Source: Balanoglossus misakiensis
Taxonomy: Eukaryota; Animalia; Hemichordata
Direction of reading: 5' to 3'
Assembly (NCBI GenBank): GCA_040954595.2
Contig: CM082576.2
Location: 9,923,129-9,987,128 of the forward strand
DNA length: 64,000 nucleotides
Position numbers and translations under genes: made by a program. Each line of letters starts with the position of its first letter. Position 1 is the first letter of the stretch. Positions 1 to 11,997 of the stretch are shown here, piece by piece. The notes under the pieces were generated by a model. It saw nothing but the letters and a program-made list of their open reading frames with translations. It did no database searches and was not told where the DNA came from.

Positions 1-2599
1 TTGTTGTAAGTATGACAGATGTACTTGACATCAACACAAGAGACTTTCTGAAAATAAAAAAAATTATTATGCAAACACCAAGATTCATTCAATTTGAACA
101 AAATATATATTCACATGACCAAAGTGTAGAATGTTGTTTTAAGTAGAACCTGTGATACCAGAAGCAGTAAATTACACGCACTAACACTTGTAAAGGAAGA
201 TAATAGTATTAGGCCAAGTAAAAAATATGTGTAGTAGATGAGATACTTTTTTTTAAATACGGCAAGATTGAAAGTTTTCAGATCAGAAAGTTGCACTGGT
301 GTTCTATAGGTTTAATGCATAACAGTAAATCCTAGTGATTACAAATACAAAGGTGGAAACTTACCAAATTTTTCATGTCCTTCAAGTTTATTTCTGAATC
401 TGCATACTATAAAATAAATGCACAAACGAATCAGAATGTTGTAACATCTCAATTAAATATCGCATATACATTCATCAAAACTTACAAATGATGTATTACA
501 AACTCGTTTCTGAAACCATTGCACTCATTACTTTTTATCCAACGTCAGATGAGGTCATTATCAATCAAAATCAAAGAGAAATGTTTAGGTTATCCTTTCA
601 ACAGCATGGTTGAGTCCAAAAACCCAGCGTATTCCAGGGAAAGTTTGGACCACTAAAAAAGGGAACTTGGGGTGAAAGTTCATTAAACTTGACCTCACCT
701 TGGCCTTTTTTGCTGGCCTTTCGTCTGAATCAAAGTCTAATTTTCTCTTGACGATCACTGAGCTGCCGTCTGATGAATCTTCACTGCAATCAGACGCAGA
801 CACACTGGCGTTGTGTTCTTCGACGTTGTCGCTGGAGACCGCTTGGTCTTCCTGGTTGGAGGAGACATTCTGCTGTTCGTCTTTGCTAGCATTATCATCG
901 GTTCCGATGTCTGTACAGGAATCATCTGTCTCTTCGACGTTCTCATCCTCCGTCACGTCCTCTGCAACCATCCTTCTGGCTCGAACCCTGACCTTGGGCG
1001 ATCTCCGTTTGCTGGCGTCTCTCAACAGACGGAACCGCGGACTCTTGGCCATTTGACTTTTCGACAGCATCTTCAACCTCACTTTCAGCATCTTTGTTTT
1101 CGCTCTGATGGACTTCTTCTTGGTGGTGGAGCTGCTTTTTCTCTGAACAGAGTCCCCCCTTTTGGGGCCTGCAGGCGAGCTAACCAGCTCGCTTTCACTG
1201 GTACTCCTACCACGTCCATCACTTTGTGCCTTCTTGCGGGACTTCACACTGGCAGCTTTTCTGTTTCCTGACTCGGGGGACGACTGGATTCTATCATCTC
1301 CACTTGCTCCATCTCTCGAATATCTCTTGAACTTTTTGGATCTCGGTGATAACAGGTTGTCTAGACAACTCACTCTTTTTTCTGAAATATTAATTTACAT
1401 CTGCTCATGTGGTTTATAATTAATCAATTTTCATTTTATCATGATGTCTTTTTAATTGTGATGATTATAACATCTCAACTGCCCCTGGATATAACAAAGC
1501 CATAACTTTTATATGCAACTCCCTATATTTCAAAATGATCTAGTACATTACTTACGCAAGTCATGATTGTTCACTTCTAGTTTCTTGATGACTGTAACAA
1601 AAAAAGCAAATGATGTATACAGGTGTTTTTGAAACATTGAAGCAAGTTTTCCAATTATTGGCTGGATATGGCAATAATGTCATACAATGCAATAAGCATC
1701 ACACAGCAAGACTTGGTTTTCGTTTATCCAGTCAGCTATATATAATAAAATAAACTAGAGTTATAATGTTAAAAACAGCCGTCCAACAGCCAAACTGGAT
1801 CATATCCTTAAATACATTGATATGTATACCAGTTTTCTCCCTATATTAAACAAACATTATTTATCAAAACTACTTTTTCCCTACATGTACTTATTTCCTT
1901 CATATTTTACATGTGTGACCTACTTTTCAACATCTTCTGCATGAGTTCAAAGGACTGAACCACTGCTTGGTGTAAATCTTCTTTCCTCATGGGCGTGTAC
2001 TCTTGAAAGCTGCTTATGGTTTCCGACAACTCCTCTGAAATGGAAGCTGATGGAGAATTGTTCACAGTGAGAACAGATGATGGACATTGGATTTTCAGAT
2101 TATAGCATTGAAAATTCAATGTGATTTCAGGCCATGTGTGACATATGGAATTGAAAACATAAATGTATTGATTTCTGAAAAACCAAACAACAAACAACAA
2201 CTGAGTGATAATTAATCAGTGGGTTAATGACCCCGCCCCCTTTTATTTCGACTCTTCAAAAAATAGTTACAAGAGTGAGCGCGGTCTTTCAAGTTGGTGA
2301 CAATAATATATATCCGAAAATATGTCCGCCCGGCACTCGATATCTCAACAGTCTCACAGTCTCACGATGTAGCTGCATTGTAGAGGGTGCTGCTAGGTTG
2401 ACTGGTGTGTTCGATCGCAACCTACACTCAGTCAACCACCAAGCACTACCCGCTACAATCATTGCAGCTACTAGTAGTAGTACTACGGTGTACGAGGTGG
2501 ATCCGAGGATGCATCATATCGCTGCTGGATTTGCCACACATCATAGTCTAACCTACCTGTCATACTTATATCTTCATCATCATCTGGTTGACTGTTCAT
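1..2599 (-). CDS. Uncharacterised multi-exon protein (N-terminal coiled coil, long basic/acidic disordered region, start of a globular domain); 3' end lies left of the window
   Basis: GT-AG exons in compatible phases: 2599-2557, 2034-1924, 1591-1556, 1381-699, 406-365, 149-120 (weak GTCATG donor), 47-<1. Spliced ORF reads MNSQPDDDEDISMTEELSETISSFQEYTPMRKEDLHQAVVQSFELMQKMLKIIKKLEVNNHDLQKRVSCLDNLLSPRSKKFKR...RPAKKAKYADSEINLKDMKNLVLLKTTFYTLKVSCVDVKYICHTYN. Confidence 0.75.
589..686. mobile_element. Degenerate copy of the ~90 bp TTAA/CCCTTTCACC MITE
   Basis: Similar to the 7390-7481 copy (cctttca...catggtt...aaaccca...gggaacttggggtgaaag). Confidence 0.65.
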
Positions 2600-2895
2600 T
2601 TTAATCAAGATCGCAATTGCTAATTTACGCAATATCTCGAGAACTCGGATCCTGTTACCTGAGTCCAGACAGTGAAATTTTCCCGCCAGCCGAACGCGAA
2701 CGAATGACGCTTCACCACAGCCGAAGTTTTTCCGAGTTGTATCCAAGTGACGTCACATGAAAACAAAGATGGCGGATGCCTTGTAACTTGACGCCTCAAC
2801 AAGTAAAGTTGTTTGGCTCTGTGGAAGTGTACATATTTTAGCGGATTTCCTCATATATTGGCGTTTTCCATACAAGGACAGACATACCACTCAAA
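2600..2895. promoter_or_regulatory. Bidirectional promoter region with palindromic CRE
   Basis: Divergent ATGs at 2599 (-) and 2896 (+); locally CpG-rich; GTGACGTCAC at 2747-2756. Confidence 0.6.
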
Positions 2896-5800
2896 ATGTC
2901 TGCTGCCGCCGAAAACTTTGAACCGGTATGTAAGATTCCCATTTCTCAAAAACCCGTAAAACGCAAAGGTACACCTGTAGTACACTCGATCGAATGCTCG
3001 TTCTACAGACTGTGTTCGTTGACAAACATTTCATCACGATCACGCCACGACTTAACCTTGCAATCGTCTGTTCTAACTGCACTTTTAAACACTGCTGCCC
3101 TTCCGTCAATCCGGCGCGTTGATCATGCGATGTGTCGTGCCTCTGTCAAGTGTCACGGATTACCGATCCGATCAGTGTTTCATGTAAACAATACCGTACA
3201 CCGCGATTCATAGATATTGTCAATGTCAATAAATGGACCTTATGACATTTATTTTCTCAGCTACCACAACCAACCTCGGGAAAATGGATATGGAAAGATG
3301 AAACAAACACGCTGGAATTTTCGTCGCAGTAAGTGTTGGCTCTTTCAGTTAAGGTTTGAATTACGGACTCTTTCCTTCAGCACGGTTTCGTGGTGTAGCG
3401 GTTATCACGTCTGCTTTACACGCAGAAGGTCCTGAGTTCGATCCTCAGCGGAACCAGTGGCTGATTTTTTTTTACCGACACTTTCATTATGTTACATTTT
3501 TGGACACTAGTTTTTATTACAACTATCACCTACCATTGCGTTTTCTTCTTTTTAACGTATTCTGCATCCTGAATATTCACTCTTTGTGGAGCAACTGACC
3601 ATGACATTTCGTTTCACTCCATCTAATTGTCCACATTTACTCTCGTTTATGAACAGCAAAAACCAGAATTTGTTGGCTTTCGCATCAGGAACGGACAGCA
3701 AGGATAAAAGAAAGAGAAACAAAAACATCACATTTGGAGATGGGAGAAAAGGCGACAGGTATGCATGACCCTCAAAACATTATCATAAATTCCAACTGTA
3801 ATTTTTTTTGCCATTATTTCAATCTTGTATTGAATTGGGTTTTCTTTACAGGAAGAGTATTTCCATATCTTGTTTTTGAAAGAAACAATGTCTTTTCAAC
3901 ATTTTTCTTCGCATTCACACTTTATTTTACTCAAACATAAAAATGTAAGCAAAACAGTGACAAAATTGTTATATATGCAAATAATCACCACACTATCACA
4001 GATTCCTTGGGAGCACTTTGACTCCACCATATCTTGACTGCATATCTTGTAGGGCCACTCCAGTCAATAAATACGGCATGCGGAACCAAGCTGGCGGTAG
4101 GATGCAGCAAGGTCGAGGTTATGGAGGCAGGTCACCCAGGCCGACCATCAAAGCTGATGCTGACCATACAACAGTGACGTTGACTGATGTCAAACGTAAG
4201 TGTCCTCAGCAAATTAACACACATCTTCATTTTATGCACATAACCAGATTTGACATACCCACGAAAATTCATAGTTTGAGGATCGTACGTCATTGTTATT
4301 TTTTGTCTTTCTGTCTTTTATAGATGTTGCCTTTGCTGCATTGTCAGAGATCCATATTCCGGCAGAGCAGTTTGAATCCCTCCTAAAGTAAGTCAGTGAA
4401 GAAAGATACCTTTTGTGACATGGTAGTTGTCAAGTTGGCAGAACCACACTGCTTGTATGAAATGAAATCAAACATTGTCATAAGATGGCAACTTGATCCT
4501 CTCACACTTTTGTCAGTTCAACTAACTTTATACCACTTTGATGAAGCCAATATCCTCACCTGCAAAAGAGCTGACGACATTTAGTTGACCACCCCCAGTA
4601 CAGTACAGTTCAATACAGTCACTAGCTCATTTAACAGCGCCCTCAAGTGGTGAATAGGGTAAAAGCACTCCCAGACTCACATTTTATTTTCTCGGTATAT
4701 CACAGCCATCATAACATTTTAGATTCTTTCCTGAAAAAATCAGTAATAAATAACTTCATGGAATGTGAATCAAGCCTTTTACATTGAAATCTTTGAATGC
4801 ATTTAGATGCAATATATCATAATATAACTGTAATAGTAATGACAGAAGGTATGGTAATAGCATTCGTTGCCATGGCATTGATCATTAAGGTAACCTTTCC
4901 ACCGTAAAGGCGAGTTAATGCCCATTTATCAAGCTGTAGTGTGGGGATAAATGTATCATTTCGAAACACTATTACACATGGCAGCTAATGCAAAATGGGT
5001 GCAAATCAAAAACAGTTGATTTTTTGTTCATGTGTGCAAGTGTAGATATTTTTAGATGGTTCTAAAATAGTAAAAAGAAGTATAACAACTCTTATGCTGC
5101 AGATAACAATGTAGGCAACACTGCATTTTGTAGCAAATCACATTTTATTGTTTTTTCTTATTTCAGCCATGCACAGTTTGATGATTTTCTCATAGCACTG
5201 CTGAACTACTTTGATGGCTTTTTGGAAAAATTAGCCCAGGAGAAAAAACCAAAGACTCTGACAAGGTAAACACCTCTCTCATCTAAACTGGGGAGTTTCT
5301 TTGTAAATCAGAAAAGTGCTTGTGGTACAGATTCTTTTGTTGAAATATGGTTCTTGTTCACTGCCGTGTTAGTGTGGATTTTTATCAGATTTGTACTTTT
5401 CTGAAACTTGTGCAAAGCTAATAATGGCAGACACGAATATCTGAAAGAGTTAAACGCGAAAATTGAAATGTACATTGCAGTGAACCAAGTCGAGCAGAGA
5501 AGCAGTATCTCCACGAACTGTCACTGAAGCTAGAGGCAGCCCAGAAAAGATTGGCGCAGAGTTACTGTGTCTTAGTGTTGGGACTTGGTATGGATGACTT
5601 CCACCATATGGGATGTGGACAGTAAGTCTAGCTAACTGCTTTTGTCCTTTGAATGCCATATTTTCTCTGTCAAAACAAGGTGAAACAATTTAAATTTTTC
5701 ACCCATTTTTCTCTAAACATTTTCCTAAAAGTTTAGAACCAAGTGGACACAATTTTCCATTGTCTACAGGTCTTAATCAAAATTTGAGAAAAAATTTTGA

Positions 5801-8800
5801 TTCAATTTCAACAAATATCCATCTATGACATTGTGTTTTTTCACTTGCAGGCAGAGGGTGTCGTCAACATACAAAGACAGGGAAATGTACGAGGTAGGTG
5901 GTTGTTGAAATGCTACATGTGAGCGAGTTCAAATGGTTGGCTGAGCACTAGAATCGCCTCTATCTGTCATCCCGTGAGAGTTCTCAGGTTTGAATTGCTT
6001 AATTGAAGGTGCGTGGTGGGGAATAGACATGAGGTCTCACTTCTCTCGTTAGTACAGATGAGTACTTGCTAGAAGTACTATTGTCTGACAAACAGGAATC
6101 TGTGGTTCAGTGATAGTACATGTACATGGTGTCCTCCATAAGCAAATATTGTATATCTGCTCTGTTACAGACTTTTTACAAGTACTGTGTTTATGTTGTG
6201 TGGCTTGTCTTCAGAAGGAAAGAGTTTGAATTAGTAAATAAAGAAATTGGCAGGTAAGAAACCTTTTCAAAGTCTAGTTGTGACAGGGGGGGGGGGGTGC
6301 AAAATTGTACAATCCCCTGTGCGTCCAACCTCCAGGGATGCTCACTGTGTGATTATTTTGTCTGTAGAATGCTGCGATCGGATGTGTTCAATCCAGCTCT
6401 GCGGGTGAAGCATTTCACCGACGAGTCGAAGGAGGACTCGGTGAAGAACCAAGACAGAAAGAAGTTAACACCAGCAGAGTATAGGAGACAGCATCCGTGA
6501 GTTGTCATTTGCAAAATAAGCTATGCTTCATTTTCAGTACTGACTTTTATACTCTTGAAGAAAGTCCTGAAGAAGAAATGTCATTACATATAATTCCGAT
6601 GAGTTGGTGCATTCCTTGTTATCCAAAGATGTAATTTATTTTCCTTTATGTTTTTAGCAAAAGACCAGCCATTAGAAGCATTATAAAGTAAGTTTACACA
6701 ATCACATGCATTTATACACGGTCCCTCCACAAAGTGTGTGGAGACCCTGATTTAGGGCTGCGAGACATTTTTTTTTTCAATCCTGTACAGTACTAGAAGA
6801 TCAAAAATTAATCATATGAACAAGGCACTGTCTAGAATCTTCATCCTCAGAAAATCAAAATGTCATAACAGATAGCATGTACACATGATGTTTAGATATC
6901 TCTGCGGCAGACTTTCACTGTTTTGATTTGTTTCTTCCAGTCAACGATCACCAGTGTTGGTATCAGTATTGCCTTCTCCCAAACAAGAGGCTGACTGGTT
7001 GTTTAGGAAACCAAGACCATCATCTGCAGGGTGAGTGAGCCTTCAGAATCATAACAAACTTCTCAGAGGGATACACAAAAAATGCAGAAATCATATTCAA
7101 GTTACGTATTAGTGTATACTTTCATTTAATCTCATTTGCCTCTTCATTATCAGGATGTTGATTTCAAGATAAATTCTCTTCAGTAGTTTAGAATTCAAGC
7201 GATCCAGGGCACTATACATTATGCTTTATAGATTTCTTTCATTGTATGCAACCTGAATGATTTTGACGCTTTTATGATTTTTTTTTGCAATCTCAGTGGA
7301 TTGTTGGAGGTGCCAGACGATGACGACCAGGATGACGACGAGCTTGATCCGTCAGCACTTATGAAGAAACTCAATACAAGGTGAGTCATCCCTTTCACCA
7401 CCATGGTTCTGCCCAAACCCATTGTATTCTGTGGTAAGGTTGGGGGACCTCTATAGAGGGAACTGGGAGTGAAAGGGTTAAAGGGGGCATATGCAGTGCA
7501 CAGGCAAACCTTTTTTTCCCCAATAAACAGTTTGGTGCACAGACAAAGGGGGCTATTGTTTATTTCTATAGAAGTGCCCACAACGAGAAATATCTGTTTT
7601 TAACTGTTCCCTGGTAAATTCCTTTTAGGATCGGCATCATTGGAGAACCGCTAAGTCAGTTCAACCCGCAAACCCTGGCACCCGCCGGAGCAGAACAAGA
7701 CGAAGAGAATGAAGACAATGAATCCAGAAGAGGGTAGGTGATCGATTCTTTTCTGTGGCAGTTTGCAGAAATCTGGAGGACAAGCCAAGGTTTTTCAGTA
7801 AAATGCATAAATACACACACACAACATGATTGAGTGAAATTTTGTTGGTTAGTTCGAGCTGAGACAAGATGATAATAATAAGTCCAGCAAAAGCCGAAGC
7901 ATGTTTTTGTGTGCATGCTAGAACACATCTGGTAATTCATTAACATGTAAATGTGCAGTAACATTCCATTTCTGATGAGTCACAGAGATTGGCTACTCTA
8001 TGGATAACAAATTGTAGCCTGGTGTGGTTGGTACCTCTAACCTTTGTAAAAAAAAACTACAAAGATGGATATTGCCTGTCTGGAATGTTCTGATGTAATA
8101 GATATGTTTTGTTAATTTGCATTTGCTGTAAAATAGTCATAATTGCATGTTTATTATACACACTGAATGACCTCAGCATGCCTGTACGTTATATAAATAT
8201 TCTGACATCCAAGTTCATGCTAATTTTCAGGAGCACTTACTAACGGAGTCCTAGCTGATATGACAACACAGGAAGGTGCATGATGATTGCATGCCTTTTT
8301 TTCTCAAGAGTGTTTCTGCCTTTACCCTCGTTTGATTTCCCTCCCCCTCCCCCTAAACTTTGTTTTCACGCAACCTGGCATGATTGAATGCTCCTCTTTG
8401 TAGTGCCTTTTTGTGTTTTTTTTTAACTGCTCCAATCTTGTCTGATGTGTGACTTTGTTGGGCTACTGAAGAGGGGAGGAATGAACAGAGGGTTGGGAGC
8501 CATGCCACATCCTTGCTTCTTTTATCTATATTCCCTCTGCCAATAGAATCTGATTCTGTTATGACACCCTGTCAACTTTTAACAGACAGAATCTGATCCT
8601 GTTTCTGACCCAAAGGTATGAAAGTTTTCACCTTCGACACTGCTGCATAGCAACAGAATTGGTGAAAACGGTTTTCAGTGAGTCTGAACACTGAAACTGA
8701 TTTGTGTTGGCCCACCCAGTTGCTTAGTGTCATTGACACAGTTCTTAAAGGGCATGTTGTGAACAGAATTTTCAGCCTTTTAATCAGGGTTCATATGCTC

Positions 8801-9634
8801 CTGGAAAATCCTGGAACCATTCCCAGAAAGGCCTTGAAATTCCTTGAAAAATGACATTTAATCCTTTCACCCCAGTTCCCTCTATCGAGGTCCAACCTTG
8901 TTATAGAAAACAATGGGTTTGGACTGAACCATGGTGGTGAAAGGGTTAAAGTCCTAGAAAAATGGTTCAGTTACTTATCATGACATCATGAAATATCAGG
9001 ATGATCAGGATTTTTTTTAAACCTAAGTACAGCACAATCACTGCTGGAAAATTCTTGGAAAAGGTGCCGAGAAAAACTGCTGGAATGGCCAAGAATATAT
9101 GAACCCTGTGTAACACTCTCGTTAATTATGTATGACATTAATTAACTAAGGTGATCTTCTCTTCTATCAATCAGGTCAAACTTTGGCACATCGGCTGCAG
9201 CACCAGGTATGTTCCAGCTCCCCTCTCCCCTTCTCTATTTTAGAATATTACACAAAGATTGGCAGCCACTTTGAATTTCAAATTTGAGACAATTTTGAGC
9301 TGTCACTCCATGCAAAAATTGCCTTACTTGAAAAAAATTGAATATCTGATGCAGCGATACTGAGATTTCCGATTGTATTTAGGCGATGTGATGTACCACG
9401 TTGTGTGAACACCTCGTCGTAACGATGCACTATTCATGTTGTCTGAATACATCTGTACACTTGAATGATGCAACACTGCCCCCGTTGCCTGGACAACCCA
9501 CATCCTAACGAACGTATCCATTCACATTGATTGCAGGCCAAAGACTGAGCCGTCCAATCACAGAAATGTCGCACGCGACCACCGAGGCCCCGCCAGATGA
9601 TGATAGCGATGAAGAGGTGGACATGGAAGAATAA
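2896..9634 (+). CDS. PPP1R36: Protein phosphatase 1 regulatory subunit 36-like (multi-exon)
   Basis: Approximate exons 2896-2925, 3261-3328, 3657-3758, 4053-4195, 4324-4387, 5167-5265, 5481-5620, 5851-5893, 6171-6253, 6368-6496, 6658-6687, 6941-7030, 7297-7380, 7629-7733, 9175-9206, 9537-9634. Peptides [69 protein letters not shown] and [12 protein letters not shown] match the PPP1R36/C14orf50 family as recalled. Confidence 0.88.
3384..3456 (+). tRNA. tRNA-Val(TAC)
   Basis: 73 nt cloverleaf: acceptor GGTTTCG/CGGAACC, anticodon arm TCTGC-TT TAC AC-GCAGA, T arm CTGAG-TTCGATC-CTCAG, discriminator A. Confidence 0.97.
3465..3473 (+). terminator. Pol III oligo-T terminator of tRNA-Val
   Basis: T9 run 8 nt after the tRNA 3' end. 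Confidence 0.8.
7390..7481. mobile_element. ~90 bp piggyBac-like MITE
   Basis: TIRs CCCTTTCAC...GTGAAAGGG followed by TTAA; inverted relative to the 8858 and 12961 copies. Confidence 0.8.
8785..9108. mobile_element. ~320 bp non-autonomous DNA element with CAGGGTTCATAT TIRs (hAT-like ends), hosting a nested MITE
   Basis: Perfect 12 bp TIR cagggttcatat/atatgaaccctg; internal repeated ctggaaa motifs; no clear TSD. Confidence 0.7.
8858..8949. mobile_element. ~90 bp piggyBac-like MITE with TTAA on both sides
   Basis: ttaa-tcctttcacc...ggtgaaaggg-ttaa. Confidence 0.85.
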
Positions 9635-10384
9635 CCATCTGACACGTTTCATTCGACCCTATGTGTGTGGTTTTGTTTCGAATTTACACTGATTTCTTCA
9701 AATTACTTGTGTCATTTTAACATTTTTATTTTTCATAATACATGTATTTTATGGGGCTTTTAACATTATAAGAATGTCAGTGCAGTTATATTTTTTTCAC
9801 TCACACCATTTAAAACTGATAAGGAACATTTATGAAATACATATACATACATTCATTCACTCATTCATGAAGAAACATTGACTTTACACACTCTTGTATC
9901 CGACAACATGTGTACTTTATTCTCTTTTTCAGTTAAAGATTCCCCGAAACCATTTTTGGAATAAATGACTTCAAAATATACACACCTTTTAAGCTATATT
10001 TGAAATGTACAATTTGCATGTATACATGTATATATTGTGACATAAATAGTTTATTACTATTAAATGTAAATAAAAACATTTTGATACTGTAAATCTTTTC
10101 AGTGGTGTTTTATTCTCAACTCTTTCACCCCATTTCCCTGTATGCAAAGTTTGATAGTTCTTGGTGCGAAAAACAGCCTCTACACAAATACAATTATGGA
10201 AAATCTCATAGTTCACACAAAGTGACATTTTGGTCTTTATTCAGCCATCTTCAGAAGAAGATATCTTTCTGACCTGAAGTTTGAGTAAAATTCGTCATAA
10301 GTTTTACTTAATAACATTATACTGTAAATGCTCATTGTATGTCATATCTCAGCTGACAGGGAAAAAGACCCGAAAAAAAGTTAT

Positions 10385-11215
10385 TCATTTCACTTTGCAA
10401 TGGTGAATATCAAAATGACTTCTGTTGGAAAAATAGCCATGGCAAATGCTACATTTGCAAACCATGACTTCTCTCGTCTCCTTGTCAGCACAGTCTGACA
10501 GGTACGTCTTGAGTTTCGGAGGCACGTAGGAGGGTGAGAAGAACTCCACTTTACAGTGTATTATGCAGAGAATGCAGATTTGAAAGAGGGTCTTAACTCC
10601 CCCCTTTCTCTTGTTCCAGTTCTCCCAGAGATCCTTCCTGTTGTATCGCTTGTTCAGTTCCTGCATGACAGCGTCCACACCCTGCTCTACAACCTTCAGG
10701 GGAGGGGACACCAAGTGCCTGTTCCCGGCCACCTCCAGCTCGGACAATTCCTTGAGATTCAACATTTCCGTGGGAAGATGGGTGATGAAGTTGTAAGTGA
10801 TGTCCAACTTGGCGAGAGAACCCAGGTAACACACCGTTCTCGGCAGCGACGTCAGCATGTTCTGCGACAGGTTCAGAGTGGTCAGTTTTTTCAGGTACAC
10901 AACTGACCACGGGAGGTCTGTGAGGTAGTTGTTGCTAACGTCCAAGCTGACCAAGTGACCGAACACTCCTATTATCACTGGTACGTTTTGAATAGTCAAC
11001 CCACTGATTCGGATGTACTGGGTGTCATCTATACTGCGATTTTGTGACTCCTCCTGCAATTTCGCTTCCAGGTCTTCATCGGCCTCTACAAGACACTCAA
11101 ATCCATTTACATGTACTTTGGATTCCCGAGCTTTCAAGTTCTCGTCTCCATGGTCACGATTTAAACATTTGCCACTGGAAAACTGCAACTGCAACCTCAG
11201 CAAGATATTACCCAT
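10385..11215 (-). CDS. Intronless leucine-rich-repeat protein (~276 aa) with SOCS-box-like and C-terminal Zn-finger-like motifs
   Basis: ATG at 11215 in ccaacATGG context. About 5 LxxLxLxxNxLxxLP repeats, LRR cap SPPLKVVEQGVDAV, then VKTLFQICILCI...VPPKLKTYL and CSIC-x12-HHC. Confidence 0.85.
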   Translation of the reverse strand: MGNILLRLQLQFSSGKCLNRDHGDENLKARESKVHVNGFECLVEADEDLEAKLQEESQNRSIDDTQYIRISGLTIQNVPVIIGVFGHLVSLDVSNNYLTDLPWSVVYLKKLTTLNLSQNMLTSLPRTVCYLGSLAKLDITYNFITHLPTEMLNLKELSELEVAGNRHLVSPPLKVVEQGVDAVMQELNKRYNRKDLWENWNKRKGGVKTLFQICILCIIHCKVEFFSPSYVPPKLKTYLSDCADKETREVMVCKCSICHGYFSNRSHFDIHHCKVK

Positions 11216-11769
11216 GTTGGAAGGTACAATCACAGACAATTACTGTCTATGGTAGACTCTGTCCCGCTGTTCAGTTTAAGAAATTACAGGAGGTCTGCAG
11301 AAAATGTGTTGCAATGGGTCAACTTAGACACCAGCAGGTGACAGCAATTCTCTTATACACTCTATGGTCCAGTAAAAATTGGCATGTTTACTATGACACG
11401 TATGTAAATACAAACACGCAAGGATGTGATGGAAGTCTTTGTATTTATGATTGTATAAAATGAGTCATTTCTAACAATGTGTCGTGACTCAACAAGTGCT
11501 TGCCTCGTATTAAACTCACGTGGTGAAAGTGGTCCGGAGGTAACTAGTAACCGTGCGTTGGTGTATGTGTTGTCACATAGCAACAACACTGAAACTGAAT
11601 ACTGTGATTTGCGCTTGGCACGTGTCAGAAAATCTGTCATTCGGAAGTGGTAGCCCGATTCTGCATTCTGTCTTTTCAGCTGAAAACATCTATTCTTCAG
11701 TACTTGCAGGTAAACTGAACACCTGGCCTCCTGATCAGTGTTGACCAACTGAGCAAAGTCCCACTTCCG

Positions 11770-11997
11770 CATTTATTATAGCGCCCCCGCCCATCTTACC
11801 CTCGTTCACACGCATAAACTTGTGTGTATAAAAAGCATTATCTTCTGATGTAATATAATTAATCGTCTTTTATCTACTGTAGCGTTTTGTAATATTCAAC
11901 AAATTTCAGCTAAACCAGTATGTTTACAATCTCTTCTAATTAGTAATTAAATTTGCGAAGAGTACTGAGTCCGCGACCACGCCATCAACAACAAAAA
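11770..11997. promoter_or_regulatory. Probable bidirectional promoter between the LRR gene and CCDC32
   Basis: Divergent genes; ETS-like CACTTCCG at 11762 and GC box CCCCGCCC at ~11785. Confidence 0.45.

Noticed and set aside
700-1419. Plus-strand ORFs antisense to the large exon of the left gene (similar cases at 10556-10906 and 34272-34631)
   Set aside because: Antisense shadows of real coding exons.
5930-6110. Possible degenerate tRNA-derived SINE in a PPP1R36 intron
   Set aside because: A/B boxes are too degenerate and no second copy was seen in the window.
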